From assembly GCA_963804245.1 (NCBI GenBank), contig CAWDPQ010000009.1, positions 657,234 through 721,233 on the forward strand: a stretch of DNA of 64,000 bases, given 5' to 3'. Origin of the DNA: an uncultured Acidobacteriota bacterium (GTDB taxonomy: Bacteria > Acidobacteriota > Vicinamibacteria > Vicinamibacterales > 2-12-FULL-66-21). A model generated the notes under the pieces. The model did not search any database, was not told where the DNA came from, and saw nothing but the letters and a program-made list of their open reading frames with translations. Positions 41,747 to 51,895 of this stretch are shown in pieces. The translations under genes and the position numbers were made by a program. The stretch's first letter is position 1. Every line of letters starts with the position of its first letter.

Positions 41747-41830
41747 CGCCCGCCCTTCAGGGCGGGCCTACGGCAGAATGTCCGCGTCCTGACACGCAAC
41801 TGTGGCCGCCCTTCAGGGCGGGCGTGTGCG
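41747..41830. repeat. two REP-like hairpin elements
   Basis: CGCCCGCCCTTCAGGGCGGGCCTACGG (41747-41773) and GGCCGCCCTTCAGGGCGGGCGTGTGCG (41804-41830). The stem is GCCCGCCC/GGGCGGGC with loop TTCA. Confidence 0.85.
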
Positions 41831-41845
41831 CAGCTCGTAGCGTCG

Positions 41846-42788
41846 TTACGTGGAAGCAGCCGCCGCCAATGAGTCCGCCTGCTCGTGCGCGTGATAAGAG
41901 CTGCGCACGAGCGGACCCGATTCCACGTGACCGAATCCCAGCTCGACGCCGATACGCTTCAGCTCCGCGAATTCCGCCGGCGCGTAGTACCGGTCCATGG
42001 GCAGGTTCGCCAGCGAGGGACGGAGATACTGGCCGATGGTGACGATTTGACAGCCTACGCGTCGCAGGTCGCGCAACGTGTCGACCACTTCCGCGGACGT
42101 TTCGCCGAGACCCACCATCAAGCCGGATTTCGTCGGAATGTGTCGGGGCAATGGTGCGCGCGCGATCGAGGAGCTGCAGCGCGCGATCGTAGCGGCCCCC
42201 CGGTCGCGCCGTTCGGTAGAGGCGCGGGACGGTTTCGATATTGTGGTTCAGCACGTCCGGTCCGGCGTCGAGCACAACTTTCAAAGCCGATTCGTCGCCC
42301 TGGAAGTCCGGTATCAACACTTCGATCCGGCAGCCCGGCATGCGCGCGCGAGTTTCACGAACCGTCGCCGCGAAGTGCCCGGCGCCGAAGTCCGGCAGAT
42401 CGTCACGATCGACCGACGTCACGACTACGTAGGACAACTCCAGGGCGTGAATGGCGCTCGCGACCTTCACCGGCTCGGCCATGTCCGGCGGCTTCGGTGC
42501 ACCATGGGTGACATTGCAGTATCCACACGATCGCGTGCAGGTATCGCCCAGGATCATGAACGTTGCCGTCCCATGGTGCCAGCACTCGCCGATATTCGGA
42601 CAGTTCGCTTCCTCGCAGACCGTGTGAAGCCCCAGCGTGCGCATCAGGCCTTTCAGGCGCAGGTAGTTTTCCGATCCGGGCGCGCGTACCTTGAGCCACG
42701 GGGGCTTCGGCGCGCGCGGCGACGCCTCGGCGTGCTTGCGGCGGCCACGGATGAAGTTGAGGGGCGCGGAGGTCACGGCTCTCTTCAT
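41846..42788 (-). CDS. lipA: lipoyl synthase, frame interrupted near 42145
   Basis: ORF 41757..42788 has [12 protein letters not shown] and the radical-SAM motif CTRSCGYC up to ..[13 protein letters not shown] 41846..42151 continues (H)[24 protein letters not shown].. Confidence 0.9.
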
Positions 42789-42794
42789 TATACT
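42789..42794 (+). promoter_or_regulatory. -10 box (TATACT) 8 nt upstream of ATG 42803; candidate leaderless start
   Basis: TATACT-gaccctct-ATG with no SD. Confidence 0.45.
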
Positions 42795-42802
42795 GACCCT
42801 CT

Positions 42803-43504
42803 ATGTCTCGCCTCTCCATCACGTGGCTCGGCCACGCGACGTTCATCATCACCACTCCCGGCGGCAAGCGCATAGTCATCGACCCCTGGCTCGAGTCGAA
42901 CCCGATGTGCCCGCCCGATCGCAAGCGCATCGACCGCGCCGATTTGATCCTGGTGACCCACGGCCACTTCGATCACACCGGCGACGTCGTCAACGTGTCC
43001 CGCTCCACCAACGCTCCCGTCGTCGCTGTCTTCGAATTGGCGCAATGGTTCGAGCGTAAAGGACTTCAAAACGTGCAGGGGATGGGGGTTGGCGGGACGA
43101 TCTCGATCGCCGGCCTCGAGGTCTCGATGACTCCCGCCGTTCACACGAGCAGCGTGGTCGAGAACGATACGACGGTCTATGTGGGTGTGGCCACCGGTTT
43201 TGTCGTACGTATGGAGAATCAACAAGCGTTCTACTTTGCGGGGGACACCGCCCTCTTCGGCGACATGCAGTTGATCCGCGAGATGTATCAGCCGGACATC
43301 GCGTTTCTGCCGATCGGGGACCACTACACCATGGGACCGGCCGCCGCCGCCCGTGCGTGCGCAATCTTGGGGGTCAGGCAGGTGGTGCCCATGCACTACG
43401 GCACGTTCCCGGTTCTGACGGGAACGCCAGACCGCTTGAAGTCACTCGTGCAACCGCACGGAGTCGACGTGCTGGTTCTCAAGCCGGGGGAAACGGCGGA
43501 ATGA
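42803..43504 (+). CDS. UPF0173-type metal-dependent hydrolase (metallo-beta-lactamase fold)
   Basis: ITWLGHATFIITTPGGKRIVIDPWL and LILVTHGHFDHTGD. 233 aa. Confidence 0.85.
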   Translation: MSRLSITWLGHATFIITTPGGKRIVIDPWLESNPMCPPDRKRIDRADLILVTHGHFDHTGDVVNVSRSTNAPVVAVFELAQWFERKGLQNVQGMGVGGTISIAGLEVSMTPAVHTSSVVENDTTVYVGVATGFVVRMENQQAFYFAGDTALFGDMQLIREMYQPDIAFLPIGDHYTMGPAAAARACAILGVRQVVPMHYGTFPVLTGTPDRLKSLVQPHGVDVLVLKPGETAE

Positions 43505-43573
43505 AGTCGTCAGTCGGTAGTCGCTAGTCGTCGCTAGTCCGTAACGGTAGGCCCGGCCTTCAGGTCGGGCGTG
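43505..43573. repeat. AGTCGNN heptamer array followed by REP-like hairpin
   Basis: AGTCGTC AGTCGGT AGTCGCT AGTCGTCGCT AGTCCGT starts directly after the stop at 43504. Then GGTAGGCCCGGCCTTCAGGTCGGGCGTG, which also encodes the last codons of the convergent gene. Confidence 0.85.
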
Positions 43574-44333
43574 CTGGTAATTCAAGCGCTTTCTGAATGT
43601 TGGCGACGAGGCGCTCCACTTTCACGCCCGAGGTATCGATGGTGTGGTCCGCTGAGGCGTAAAGCGTCTCCCGGGCGGCCAGCAGCGCGCGCAGATCGGC
43701 CATGGCCTGCGGGTGGTTGGCCATGGGTCGCCGGTCGCCCTGACGAACCACGCGGTTCCAGTGATCTTCCGGCGCCGCCTTCAGCCAGATCGTGACCGCG
43801 GACCGCCGCAGTGTCGCCAGCGTCTCGGGTGACATGACCAGCCCGCCGCCCGTTGCGAGCACCATGGGCTTGCCTTCCGCGATCACCGCGTCCAGCGTCT
43901 CGTGCTCGAGGCGACGGTAATAGTCCTCCCCGTGAAGGGAGAAGATCTCACTGAGACTCAACTCGGCGGCCTCCTCGATGCGGCCGTCGAGCTCGACGAA
44001 AGGGAGCCTCAAGCGCCTGGCCAGACGCCGTCCAACCGTGGTTTTCCCGGCGCCGCGCAGGCCGAGCAGCGCAATTACTCGCTTCGGCGCGCGCTCGGGT
44101 TCAGCGAGCAGCTCTGCGGCCGTCGTTCCCAGCGCTCGTGCAACATCCACCAGGCGACGCACGGAGATGTTTCCGCGGCCGGATTCGAGTTGCACCAGGA
44201 ACCGCGCGGACAACCCGGAGCGCTCCGCCGCCTCTCGCAGCGTCCACCCGCGCTCGACGCGCAACGCCCGGGCTCTGGCGCCCAGCTCGCTCAGAACTTC
44301 ATCCGGCATGATGGCGATATGTTCCTGAAGCAT
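43560..44333 (-). CDS. boxR: BzdR/BoxR-type transcriptional regulator (XRE-family HTH fused to shikimate-kinase-like domain)
   Basis: N-terminal HTH (RGWTLREAAERSGLSARFLVQLESGRGNISV) and a C-terminal SK-like domain with P-loop GLRGAGKTTVG. It is divergent from boxCB. The start is uncertain (ATG options between 44309 and 44408). Confidence 0.78.
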   Translation of the reverse strand: MLQEHIAIMPDEVLSELGARARALRVERGWTLREAAERSGLSARFLVQLESGRGNISVRRLVDVARALGTTAAELLAEPERAPKRVIALLGLRGAGKTTVGRRLARRLRLPFVELDGRIEEAAELSLSEIFSLHGEDYYRRLEHETLDAVIAEGKPMVLATGGGLVMSPETLATLRRSAVTIWLKAAPEDHWNRVVRQGDRRPMANHPQAMADLRALLAARETLYASADHTIDTSGVKVERLVANIQKALELPARPT

Positions 44334-44436
44334 GACGGCGAGAGAGAACCCGTATGGCGATGTCATGCGCGCGTTGCATGGACTGCATGCGTAACTTATG
44401 CGGGACACACACCAAACAGGACCGTATCATCGGCAC

Positions 44437-44646
44437 ATGACAAATACCGAGGCGTCGCCTACCCGTACTCTGACCATCGTTTTGCCCGAATCGGATTGGC
44501 GTGCCTTGCGTGCAGCGGAGCCGGACGCCGTGGCATGGCTCCAGGAACGGATTCGCGAGCGACTGGCAACGGAAGCCTCTTCCGGCAGTTACGTTCCTCC
44601 GACCGGACCGGCCGCCGACACCTGGTTCGCAGACGACGAGTACTGA
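44437..44646 (+). CDS. small hypothetical protein (69 aa)
   Basis: ATG 44437 lies 6 nt after TATCAT (44425-44430). Sequence MTNTEASPTRTLTIVLPESDWRALRAAEPDAVAWLQERIRERL..; no recognisable family, and coding status is unproven. Confidence 0.35.
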   Translation: MTNTEASPTRTLTIVLPESDWRALRAAEPDAVAWLQERIRERLATEASSGSYVPPTGPAADTWFADDEY

Positions 44647-44793
44647 GAGATTCGCAGTCTTAGGGCCGAGGAGCGTCCACGCTCCGCGGCCCCTCGTGTC
44701 CCCGCATCGTCCACCCCACAATCTCCTCACAACATCCAAGTCGGTTTCCTGTTCGCTGCGTTCGTCGTCTGCCACGCCTGTCGACTGAAGCAT

Positions 44794-44827
44794 TATAGTG
44801 CACACACATTCAATTAAGAGCACTATA
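44794..44827. promoter_or_regulatory. AT-rich inverted repeat upstream of boxC (candidate operator)
   Basis: TATAGTGC-(18 nt)-GCACTATA, immediately upstream of the -35 box. It is unusually AT-rich for this window. Confidence 0.4.
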
Positions 44828-44832
44828 CTTCC

Positions 44833-44862
44833 TTGACACTTCCGCGAATCCGCAAGTAGTCT
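44833..44862 (+). promoter_or_regulatory. sigma-70-type promoter of boxC (TTGACA-18 nt-TAGTCT), 7 nt before the ATG
   Basis: TTGACA at 44833-44838, TAGTCT at 44857-44862 and ATG at 44870. Confidence 0.55.
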
Positions 44863-44869
44863 GGAGCGA

Positions 44870-46525
44870 ATGGAAAGCGCCGGCTCGTCGATGCAGGTGT
44901 CCTTTGAAACGTCTCCGGACCGCTACCGCCATTGGAAGCAGAGGTTCGACGGACCGGTCGCCACGCTGTCGATGGATGTGCAGGAAGACGCAGGCCTTTC
45001 GAGCGAGTACCGGCTGAAGCTCAACTCGTACGATCTCGGCGTCGACATCGAACTGGCGGACGCCGTTCAGCGCATCCGCTTCGAGCACCCTGAAGTCCAC
45101 ACTGTCATCATCACCAGCCTCAAGGAGCGCATCTTCTGCGCCGGCGCCAACATCTTCATGTTGCGCGGATCCAGTCATGCGTGGAAGGTCAACTTCTGCA
45201 AGTACACGAACGAGACGCGGCTGGCCATCGAGGATGCGAGCGAGCACTCGGGCATCAAGTTTCTCGCGGCGGTCAATGGCATTTGCGCCGGCGGCGGCTA
45301 TGAACTGGCGCTGGCCTGTGACGAGATTCTCCTCGTCGACGATGGGAACTCGGCGGTCAGTCTTCCCGAAACGCCACTGCTCGGCGTCTTGCCCGGTACG
45401 GGCGGTCTCACTCGCGTCGTGGACAAGAGAAGAGTGCGTCGGGATCTTGCCGACGTGTTCGGGACGGTGGCCGAAGGCGTCAAAGGCCGGCGCGCCGTCG
45501 AATGGCGTCTCGTCGATGCCGTCTATCCAACGAGCCAGTTCAAGGATCGCGTTGCCCGGCGGGCCCAAGAGCTCGCTGCTCTCTCCGACCGACCCGCCGC
45601 CGGACCCGGAATCATGCTGAACGCGTTGAATCCGACAGTGACTGCAGATGCTGTGCAGTACTCGGCGGTCAGCCTGGAGATCGATCGGAACAAACGTCTC
45701 GCCACGCTGACTGTCAACGGTCCGGAACAGGAAGAACCGTCGACGCCCGCGGAGATTCTGCAGGCGGGCGAACGTTATTGGTTCGTCCGAGCATTTCGCG
45801 AGCTGGAGGATGCGCTGTTGCGGCTGCGGGTCAATGAGCCGTTGATCGGTACGGTGGTCGTGAAGACCCGCGGCGATGCCTCGCGAGTCCTGAACGCAGA
45901 TGCCGCGCTCATAGCCAACCAGGACTATTGGCTGGTGCGCGAAGTGATTCACTTCGTGAAGCGGACGCTGAAGCGGATGGATCTGACGTCGCGAAGCTTC
46001 TTCGCACTGATCGAACCCGACAGCTGCTTCGCCGGTACTCTTTTCGAGCTGGCGCTGGCCGCCGACCGCTCCTACATGCTCGACGATCCTCAACACCCAG
46101 TGACCATCGCCCTGTCGGCGATGAACGGCGGTCCGTTGAAGATGAGCAACGGCCTGACGCGTCTCGAGACGCGATTCCTCGGTCAGCCGGATCACGTGCG
46201 CGACTTGCTGGACGAAGGAGAGCCGTTCGATCCGCAAGAGGCGTTGGATGCCGGGCTGGTATCCTTTGCGCCGGACGAATTGGACTGGGACGACGAAGTC
46301 CGTCTCGCCGTCGAAGGACGTGCCGCGCTCTCGCCTGACGCTCTGACCGGGATGGAAGCCAACTTGCGTTTCGCCGGACCGGAAACGATGGAGACGAAAA
46401 TCTTCGGTCGGCTCACCGCGTGGCAGAACTGGATCTTCCAGCGGCCCAACGCTGTCGGTGCCACGGGTGCGTTGACGGCGTACGGGTCGCAGTCGCGACC
46501 GGAGTTCGACTTCAACAGAACGTAA
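44870..46525 (+). CDS. boxC: benzoyl-CoA-dihydrodiol lyase (2,3-epoxybenzoyl-CoA dihydrolase)
   Basis: ~550-aa double crotonase-fold protein (..ERIFCAGANIFML.., ..CAGGGYELALACDEI..) directly upstream of boxB. Size and context fit BoxC. Confidence 0.85.
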   Translation: MESAGSSMQVSFETSPDRYRHWKQRFDGPVATLSMDVQEDAGLSSEYRLKLNSYDLGVDIELADAVQRIRFEHPEVHTVIITSLKERIFCAGANIFMLRGSSHAWKVNFCKYTNETRLAIEDASEHSGIKFLAAVNGICAGGGYELALACDEILLVDDGNSAVSLPETPLLGVLPGTGGLTRVVDKRRVRRDLADVFGTVAEGVKGRRAVEWRLVDAVYPTSQFKDRVARRAQELAALSDRPAAGPGIMLNALNPTVTADAVQYSAVSLEIDRNKRLATLTVNGPEQEEPSTPAEILQAGERYWFVRAFRELEDALLRLRVNEPLIGTVVVKTRGDASRVLNADAALIANQDYWLVREVIHFVKRTLKRMDLTSRSFFALIEPDSCFAGTLFELALAADRSYMLDDPQHPVTIALSAMNGGPLKMSNGLTRLETRFLGQPDHVRDLLDEGEPFDPQEALDAGLVSFAPDELDWDDEVRLAVEGRAALSPDALTGMEANLRFAGPETMETKIFGRLTAWQNWIFQRPNAVGATGALTAYGSQSRPEFDFNRT

Positions 46526-46601
46526 CAGCCGTAGCGCGGGGGTTTACCCCCGCGTAACCGACGCGCCGCTAAAGCAGCGCGCTACGGGCGTGGGGTTGAC
46601 G

Positions 46602-48020
<1,419 letters not shown>

Positions 48021-48025
48021 CAGGA

Positions 48026-48051
48026 CCTGGCCTTCAGGGCGGGCGTGTGCG
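48026..48051. repeat. REP-like hairpin element (partial)
   Basis: CCTGGCCTTCAGGGCGGGCGTGTGCG, 6 nt after the boxB stop. Confidence 0.75.
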
Positions 48052-48064
48052 AATCACGGCATTC

Positions 48065-48862
48065 ATGAGCAAAATCAACGTCAGCGTCGCCGACGGGATC
48101 GCGACGATCGAATTGAACGACCCGCCGGCGAACACCTACTCCTACGAGATGATGCGCGAGCTCGACGCGGCCGTGCTGGACGCTCGCATGGACGGGGGAG
48201 TCCACGTCATCGTGCTGCGCGGGGCGGGGGAAAAGTTCTTCTGCGCCGGCGCGAACATCGGGATGCTCAAGGAGGCCGACGCCGAGTTCAAGTACTACTT
48301 CTGCCTGCACGCCAACGAAACGCTGCTGCGACTCGAGCAGACGCCGAAGCTGGTGATCGCGGCGCTGAACGGACACACGGTCGGCGGTGGACTCGAAGTG
48401 GCGCTGGCCGCCGATCTGCGCGTCGCCCACCAGGGAGCGGGGAAGATCGGATTGCCCGAGGTGGCGCTCGGGGTGCTGCCCGGAACCGGGGGCACCCAGC
48501 GACTGGCTCGACTCGTGGGCAAGTCGCGAGCGATAGAGCTCATGGCCACCGGGCGTCTGATGACCTTCGATGAAGCCCGCACCCTCGGCATCGTCCACGA
48601 GGTCTGGGGAGACGACGAGCTGAAGGGACTGACGTTTGCCGCCGCGGTGCAAGCCTACGCTCGGCAATTCACGCCGCCACACAAGGCCAGCGGCGCGGTT
48701 GGACGCATGAAGCGCGCGGTGCAATCAGGCGCGGAGGCCGGTATTCTCGAAGGATTGTCGCTCGAACGCGAGCTGCAGCAGCTGCTGTTCCAGAGCGAGG
48801 ACGCGAAGGAAGGGTTGGCAGCGAGTCAGGAGAAGAGGAAACCAGTTTTCAAGGGCCGATAA
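48065..48862 (+). CDS. enoyl-CoA hydratase/isomerase family protein
   Basis: ATG 48065 (MSKINVSVADGIATIELNDPP). FCAGANI, GHTVGGGLEVALAADLR and C-terminal ..EGLAASQEKRKPVFKG. Confidence 0.88.
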   Translation: MSKINVSVADGIATIELNDPPANTYSYEMMRELDAAVLDARMDGGVHVIVLRGAGEKFFCAGANIGMLKEADAEFKYYFCLHANETLLRLEQTPKLVIAALNGHTVGGGLEVALAADLRVAHQGAGKIGLPEVALGVLPGTGGTQRLARLVGKSRAIELMATGRLMTFDEARTLGIVHEVWGDDELKGLTFAAAVQAYARQFTPPHKASGAVGRMKRAVQSGAEAGILEGLSLERELQQLLFQSEDAKEGLAASQEKRKPVFKGR

Positions 48863-48884
48863 ACGTTAAACGTACGATGCCTTC

Positions 48885-48967
48885 GGCACGCACGACGACA
48901 CGACGGCACGAAGACACGAGAAATCCAAATAGCCGGGTCGTCGTGGCTTCGTGTCGTCGTGTTTACC
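48885..48967. repeat. 7-8 bp array hairpin (CACGACG-type arms)
   Basis: GGCACGCACGACGACACGACGGCACGAAGACACGAG / loop / GGGTCGTCGTGGCTTCGTGTCGTCGTG. It starts ~23 nt after the stop at 48862. Confidence 0.8.
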
Positions 48968-48983
48968 CGTCAGGACGTATACG

Positions 48984-50444
48984 ATGTCTGGTGTGGCCGT
49001 CGAGGAAAAGAAACTCCTCATCAACAACGAATGGCGGTCGTCCGCCTCGGGCGGGGCGATGGCGGTGATCAACCCCGCGACCGAGGAAGTAATCGCGCAG
49101 GTCGCGGCCGCGAATACGGCGGACGTCGACACGGCGGTCGAAGCGGCGCGCGCCGCCCTCGACGGTCCCTGGGGAAAAATGTCGGCGCGCGAGCGCGGTC
49201 GCCTGATCCGGGCGCTCGGCGATCGGCTGCTGGCACGGGCAGATGACGTCGCGCGTCTGGAGACGCTGCACAACGGCAAGCCAATCTCCGAATCGCGCAA
49301 CATCGAGATCCCGGCTGCCGCCGAGTGCTTCGAGTATTACGCCGGGTGGGCAGACAAGGTGATGGGCGAGACCATCCCCGTCAAGGGCAACTATCTGACC
49401 TACACGCTCCGCGAGCCGGTGGGCGTTGTCGCCGCGATCGTGCCCTGGAATTTTCCGTTGCTGCTCGCGGCGTGGAAGGTGGCGCCGGCGCTGGCCTGCG
49501 GCAACACCGTCATCCTGAAGCCGGCCAGCCAGACACCGCTGACGGCGCTGGCTCTCGGGGAAATTGCTGTCGAAGTCGGGCTACCGGCAGGTGTGTTGAA
49601 CGTCATCACCGGGCCGGGCTCGAGGGTCGGGCAGGCGCTCGTCGAGCATCCCGGCATCGACAAGATTGCGTTCACCGGCGATACGAGCACGGGCAAGGCC
49701 ATCATGCGATCGGCGGCCGACACGTTGAAGAAAATCACCCTCGAGTTGGGCGGTAAATCGCCGAACATCGTGCTCGCCGACGCCGATCTCGAAGCGGCGC
49801 TGCGCGGGGCGACGATTGGCATTTTCTACGGCAAGGGAGAAGTCTGCGCGGCAGGATCGCGCCTGCTCGTCGACCGCTCGATCAAGAGCGAGTTCATCGA
49901 CAAGCTGGCGGCACGCGCCAAGAAGATGACGGCGGGAGACCCCCTCGATCCGAAGACGCGCTTCGGTGCGATCTCATCGAAGAAGCAGATGGAGACGGTG
50001 CTCAAGTACATCGAATCGGGCAAAGCGGAAGGGGCGGCCCTGGTCGCCGGCGGTGCCCGCACCGACATCGGCACGGGCAAAGGGTATTTCGTGCAGCCGA
50101 CCGTGTTTGCCGACGTGACGTCCGAGATGACCATCGCGCGCGAAGAGATTTTCGGCCCGGTGCTCGCGGCCATCGAGTTTGCCGATTTGGACGAGGCAAT
50201 CGCGAAGGCCAACGACAGCCAGTACGGTCTCGCCGCCGGGGTGTGGACGAAGGACATCAAGAAGGCCCACTACGTGGCGCGCAAGCTCCAGGCGGGTACG
50301 GTGTGGGTGAATACCTACAACGTCTATGACACGGCGGCGCCGTTCGGCGGTTACAAGCAGAGCGGCTTCGGCCGCGAGATGAGCGCCCACGCCATCGAGC
50401 ACTACACGCAGGTCAAGAGCGTGTGGGTCGACTTGAACTTCTGA
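48984..50444 (+). CDS. NAD(P)-dependent aldehyde dehydrogenase (candidate for the semialdehyde step of the box pathway)
   Basis: ATG 48984 (MSGVAVEEKKLLINNEW). VPWNFP, FTGDTSTG, LELGGKSP, a catalytic Cys (GEVCAAGSR) and EEIFGPV. The pathway role is inferred from context only. Confidence 0.9.
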   Translation: MSGVAVEEKKLLINNEWRSSASGGAMAVINPATEEVIAQVAAANTADVDTAVEAARAALDGPWGKMSARERGRLIRALGDRLLARADDVARLETLHNGKPISESRNIEIPAAAECFEYYAGWADKVMGETIPVKGNYLTYTLREPVGVVAAIVPWNFPLLLAAWKVAPALACGNTVILKPASQTPLTALALGEIAVEVGLPAGVLNVITGPGSRVGQALVEHPGIDKIAFTGDTSTGKAIMRSAADTLKKITLELGGKSPNIVLADADLEAALRGATIGIFYGKGEVCAAGSRLLVDRSIKSEFIDKLAARAKKMTAGDPLDPKTRFGAISSKKQMETVLKYIESGKAEGAALVAGGARTDIGTGKGYFVQPTVFADVTSEMTIAREEIFGPVLAAIEFADLDEAIAKANDSQYGLAAGVWTKDIKKAHYVARKLQAGTVWVNTYNVYDTAAPFGGYKQSGFGREMSAHAIEHYTQVKSVWVDLNF

Positions 50445-50447
50445 AAA

Positions 50448-50550
50448 CGTCGATGTGCTACGTGCTACGTGCTACGTGCGACGTGCCACGTGCCCTCGCT
50501 GCACGTTGCACGTCCTGCACGAGTAACGTAGCACGTAGCACGTAACACGT
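50448..50550. repeat. heptamer-array hairpin (CGTGCTA arms)
   Basis: CGTGCTA x3, CGTGCGA, CGTGCCA, CGTGCCC / centre / ..GTAACGTAGCACGTAGCACGTAACACGTG. It fills the whole intergenic space between two genes. Confidence 0.85.
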
Positions 50551-50551
50551 G

Positions 50552-51703
50552 ATGTCCGATCCTCTCCTCAAATGGCGTGCCGAATTCCCCATCGTGGACA
50601 CCTGCACCTACCTGGTGAGCCATTCCCTGGGGGCCATGCCGAAGCGGACGGCCGCCTACCTTCAGCAGTTCGCCGATACGTGGAGCGCACGCGGTGTGCG
50701 GGCGTGGCACGAGGGTTGGTGGGAGCTCGGGCGGGAGACGGGCAACCTCCTGGCGCCGATCCTGGGCGTGCCCAAGGACAGCGTCTCGATGCACCAGAAC
50801 GTGACGGTTGCTCAGGCCATCGTCGCGTCGTGCTTCCGCTACGATGGCTCGCGCCGGAAGATCGTGATGACCGATCTCGAGTTCCCGACGAACATGTATT
50901 TGTTCGAGGGATTCCGCCGCTACGGCGCGGAGATTGTGTATGTTCCCTCGGATGACAGCGTTCGTACCAACCTCGACCGGCTGCTGGACGCCATCGACGA
51001 ACACACCCTTCTCGTGCCGCTGTCAGTGGTTCTCTTCCGCAGCGCCTACATCCAGGACGCAAGAGCGGTGATAGAAAAAGCACAGCGGGTCGGGGCGTGC
51101 GTGATTCTCGATGCATACCAGGCGGCAGGCACCGTGCCGCTCGACATCGCGGCGCTCGGGGCAGAGTTCGCGGTCGGCGGGTCGGTGAAATGGCTGTGCG
51201 GCGGTCCGGGCGCCGCCTATTTGTACGTGCGGCCTGACCTCGCGCCGACATTGCAGCCGACGCTGGCCGGGTGGGCCGCGCACATCGAGCCGTTTGCGTT
51301 CGAGACCGGAGCGCTTCGCTACGCCGATGCGCCGGAGCGGTTTCAGAGCGGCACTCCGAATATTCCCGCGCTCTACTCCGCGCGGGCGGGATACGAGATC
51401 GTCGCCGAGATTGGCGTCGCCGCCATTCGCGAGAAATCTCTGCGCCTGACCCGACGTCTCATGGACCGGGCTCGAACGTCGGGTTTCCGGCTCAACACGC
51501 CGGACGCCGACCGCGAACGCGGCGGAACGGTCATCGTCGACGTGCCGAACGCCGAAGCCGTGTCGCACGAGCTGCTGCGGCAGGAGATCGTCATCGACTA
51601 CCGACCCGGTGCCGGCATCCGGATGGCGCCGCACTTCTACAATACGGAAGAGGAAATCGATCGGGCGATGAGTGCGCTCGACACGATAGTGGCGAGCGGG
51701 TAG
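50552..51703 (+). CDS. kynureninase-like class-V-fold PLP-dependent enzyme
   Basis: Overall pattern resembles KynU: LVSHSLGAMP, WHEGWW, EFPTNMY and GGSVKWLCGGPGAAYLYV (PLP Lys). An alternative GTG start lies at 50549. Confidence 0.72.
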   Translation: MSDPLLKWRAEFPIVDTCTYLVSHSLGAMPKRTAAYLQQFADTWSARGVRAWHEGWWELGRETGNLLAPILGVPKDSVSMHQNVTVAQAIVASCFRYDGSRRKIVMTDLEFPTNMYLFEGFRRYGAEIVYVPSDDSVRTNLDRLLDAIDEHTLLVPLSVVLFRSAYIQDARAVIEKAQRVGACVILDAYQAAGTVPLDIAALGAEFAVGGSVKWLCGGPGAAYLYVRPDLAPTLQPTLAGWAAHIEPFAFETGALRYADAPERFQSGTPNIPALYSARAGYEIVAEIGVAAIREKSLRLTRRLMDRARTSGFRLNTPDADRERGGTVIVDVPNAEAVSHELLRQEIVIDYRPGAGIRMAPHFYNTEEEIDRAMSALDTIVASG

Positions 51704-51865
51704 AAACTGGGGAACTGCGGGGACTGGGGAACTGGGAGAACGCCTTGGGGGTGCTCGCCTCCGCTGGTCGCGGACAGGCAGGCGACCAGCTACGGCGAGG
51801 TCTCGCCGTAGCGCGCATGGATTATCGGCGCGCGGAGGCGGAGGGCCCCAAGCGCAGTGAGTAAA
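51703..51865 (+). repeat. AACTGGGG octamer array + structured repeat family R2, copy b
   Basis: The array AAACTGGGGAACTGCGGGGACTGGGGAACTGGGAGAA begins at the stop codon. The core at 51747-51865 matches 14842..14966. Confidence 0.85.
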
Positions 51866-51895
51866 GATAACTGGGCAAGCAGGAAGCGGAAAGCC

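Noticed and set aside
43560-44408. Annotating this gene as shikimate kinase (aroK).
   Set aside because: It carries an N-terminal XRE-type HTH and sits divergent to boxCB. That fits the BzdR/BoxR regulator architecture better than a biosynthetic kinase.
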